In this document: in pieces, positions 61,826 to 64,000 of the stretch
How the letters are laid out: every line of letters begins with the position of its first letter
Numbering within the stretch: position 1 is the stretch's first letter
DNA from: Mobula hypostoma
Taxonomy: Eukaryota
Length of the DNA: 64,000 nt
NCBI RefSeq assembly: GCF_963921235.1
Contig: NC_086097.1
Coordinates: forward strand, 18,106,001 to 18,170,000
Direction of reading: 5' to 3'
Translations under genes and position numbers: made by a program
The notes under the pieces: model-generated
Database searches by the model: none
Told to the model about the DNA's origin: nothing
The model's input: only the letters and a program-made list of their open reading frames with translations

Positions 61826-63008
61826 CACCATCATTCACACAATCCTGATTGATAAGTTACAGAACCTGAGGATAAGTTACAATCCTGATTGGTAAGTTAC
61901 AGAACCTGAGCCTCTGAACCTCCCTCTGCAATTGGATTCTCGACTTTATAACCGGAAGACCACAATCTGTGCAGATTGGTGATAATATCTCCTCCTTGCT
62001 GACGATCAACACTGGTGCACCTCAGGGGTGTGTGCTTAGCCCACTGCTCTACTCTCTCTCTCTACCCATGACTGTGTAGCTAGGCATAGTTCAAATACCT
62101 CTATAAATTTGCTGATGATACAACCATGGTTGGTAGAATCTCAGATGGAGATGAGAGGGCGTACAGGAGTGAGATATACCAACTAGTGGAGTGGTGTCAC
62201 AGCAACAACCTGGCATTCAACGTCAGTAAGACAAAAGAGCTGATTGTGGACTTCAGGAAGGTTAAGATGAAGGAACACATACCAATCCTCATAGAGGGAT
62301 CAGAAGTGGAGAGAGAGCGAGCAGTTTCAAGTTCCTGGGTATCAAGATCTCTGAGGACCTAACCCAGTCCCAACATATCGATGCAGCTATAAAGGAGTCA
62401 AGACAGTGACTATGCTCCATTAGGAGTTTGAAGAGGTTTGGGATGTCAACAAAAGCACTCAAAAACTTCCATAGATGTATGGTGGAGAGCATTCTGACAG
62501 GCTGCATCACTGTCTGGTACAGGGAGGGAGGGGTGGGGGGGAGGCTACTGCACAGGACCGAAAGAAGCTGCAGAGGGTTGTAAGTTTAGTCAGCTCCATC
62601 TTGGGTACTGTTCTACAATGTACCCAGGACATCTTCAAGAAGCAGTGTCTCAGAAAGGCAGCATCCATTACTAAGGACCTCCAGCACCCAGGGCATGCCC
62701 TTTTCTCACTGTTACCATCAAGCAGGAGGTACAGAAGCCTGAAGGCACACACTCAGATTCAGGAACAGCTTCACGGCTCTGCCATCCGATTCCTAAATGG
62801 ACATTGAACCCATGAATACTATCTCACTTTTTTAATGTGTATTATTTCTGTTTTTGTATGATTTTTAATCTATGCAATATACATATACAATAATTGATGT
62901 ACTTATTTATTTTCATCTTTTTCTTCTATATTATGTATTGGATTGAACTGCCGGCTGCTAAGTGAACAAATTTCATGACACATGCTGGTGATAATAAACC
63001 TGATTCTG
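61826..63008 (+). mobile_element. Rex1/Babar LINE, 5'-truncated
   Basis: Same family as 449-2372 (YKFADD, EWCHSNNL, HPGHALFSLLPS); CCTGATTCTG tail. Confidence 0.88.
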
Positions 63009-64000
63009 AAAGGAATAAACAATTGATGTTTCAGGCCCTTCGCCAGGACTGGGAAGGAAAGGAGCAGAAGCCAGAATAAAAAGGAGGAGGAGGGGAAGGA
63101 GTAGAAGCTGGCAGGGGAGACCAGGAGAGGGGTAAGGTAGGTAGGGGAGGGGAGATGAAGAAAGAAGCTGGGAGGTGATAGCTGGATTAGGTGAATGTTG
63201 AAAAAGAAGTTATCTGATAGGAGAGGACATTGGAGCATGGGAGAAAGGGAAGGAGGTGGGACACTAGAGGGAGGTGATGGGCAGGTGAAGAGAAGAGAAG
63301 GGGTAAGAGGTGAGACAGAATGTGGAATAGAAAAAGACTGAAGGGGAAGAGGAGTTATCGGAAGTTAGAGAAATTGATGTTCATGCATCAAGTTGAAGGC
63401 TACACAGGCAGAATATGAGGTTTTGCACCTCCAACTTGAGTGTGGTCTAAACGTGAGACCATGGACCAACACGCTGAAATGAGAATGGAAAGTGTGGCTA
63501 ACAGGAAATCCCATAACAGCATGGTCCTCAGTCTCCCCCCTCTGTGTCCAGCATCTGCAGAATCTCTTGTGTTTGAAACTTCCAGGATTAGAAGTTTACT
63601 AAGATCATTGTATAGGTTTAAGGAAATTCCTGACTCGTGTCCAACAGAAGAAAGCACAAACAAGAGAAAATCTGCAGTTGCTGGAAATCCAAGCAACACA
63701 CACAAAATACTGGAGGAACTCATAGTCATAGCATAGTCATAGTCATACTTTATTGATCCTGGGGGAAATTGGTTTTCGTTACAGTTGCACCATAAATAAT
63801 AAATAGCAATAGAACCATAAATAGTTAAATAGTAATATGTAAATTATGCCAGTAAATTATGAAATAAGTCCAGGACCAGCCTATTGGCTCGGGGTGTCTG
63901 ACCCTCCAAGGGAGGAGTTGTAAAGTTTGATGGCCACAGGCAGGAATGACTTCCTATGGCGCTCTGTGCTGCATCTCGGTGGAGCTCAGCAGGCCAGGCA

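Noticed and set aside
61843..61912. Short local duplication (AATCCTGATTG.TAAGTTACAGAACCTGAG x2) in Rex1
   Set aside because: Ordinary slippage or repair duplication inside a dead LINE.

Overview
Eukaryotic (vertebrate) genomic DNA. The repeat repertoire (V-domain/HE1-like SINEs, CR1, Rex1/Babar, Penelope with GIY-YIG, Hero, Nimb) suggests a cartilaginous fish; this is an inference. Most of the window is decayed, deeply nested transposable elements: two Gypsy LTR elements, two clear solo LTRs plus one candidate, two near full-length I-group/Nimb LINEs with RNase H, several CR1 and Rex1 LINEs, Penelope elements carrying minimal hammerhead ribozymes, a full-length hAT/Charlie element, a Chapaev3-like remnant, composite Tc1-like MITEs and SINEs. 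The unique gaps hold three candidate coding exons of an unidentified + strand host gene (5676-5834, 21406-21583, 58363-58602). Highlights: (1) a Nimb LINE, bounded by one 15-bp TSD, with an LTR-like ~370-bp terminal direct repeat made of its own 3' end fused to its 5' UTR; (2) a hAT element whose non-coding ends resemble mammalian Charlie4 (possible horizontal transfer; recalled from memory, unverified); (3) a cryptic ~45-bp periodic core-plus-variable-spacer array at 18.4-21.0 kb; (4) a composite MITE built from two hairpin mini-elements around a captured LINE tail; (5) intact hammerhead ribozyme motifs. All alignments were done by eye, and element boundaries without a TSD are approximate.
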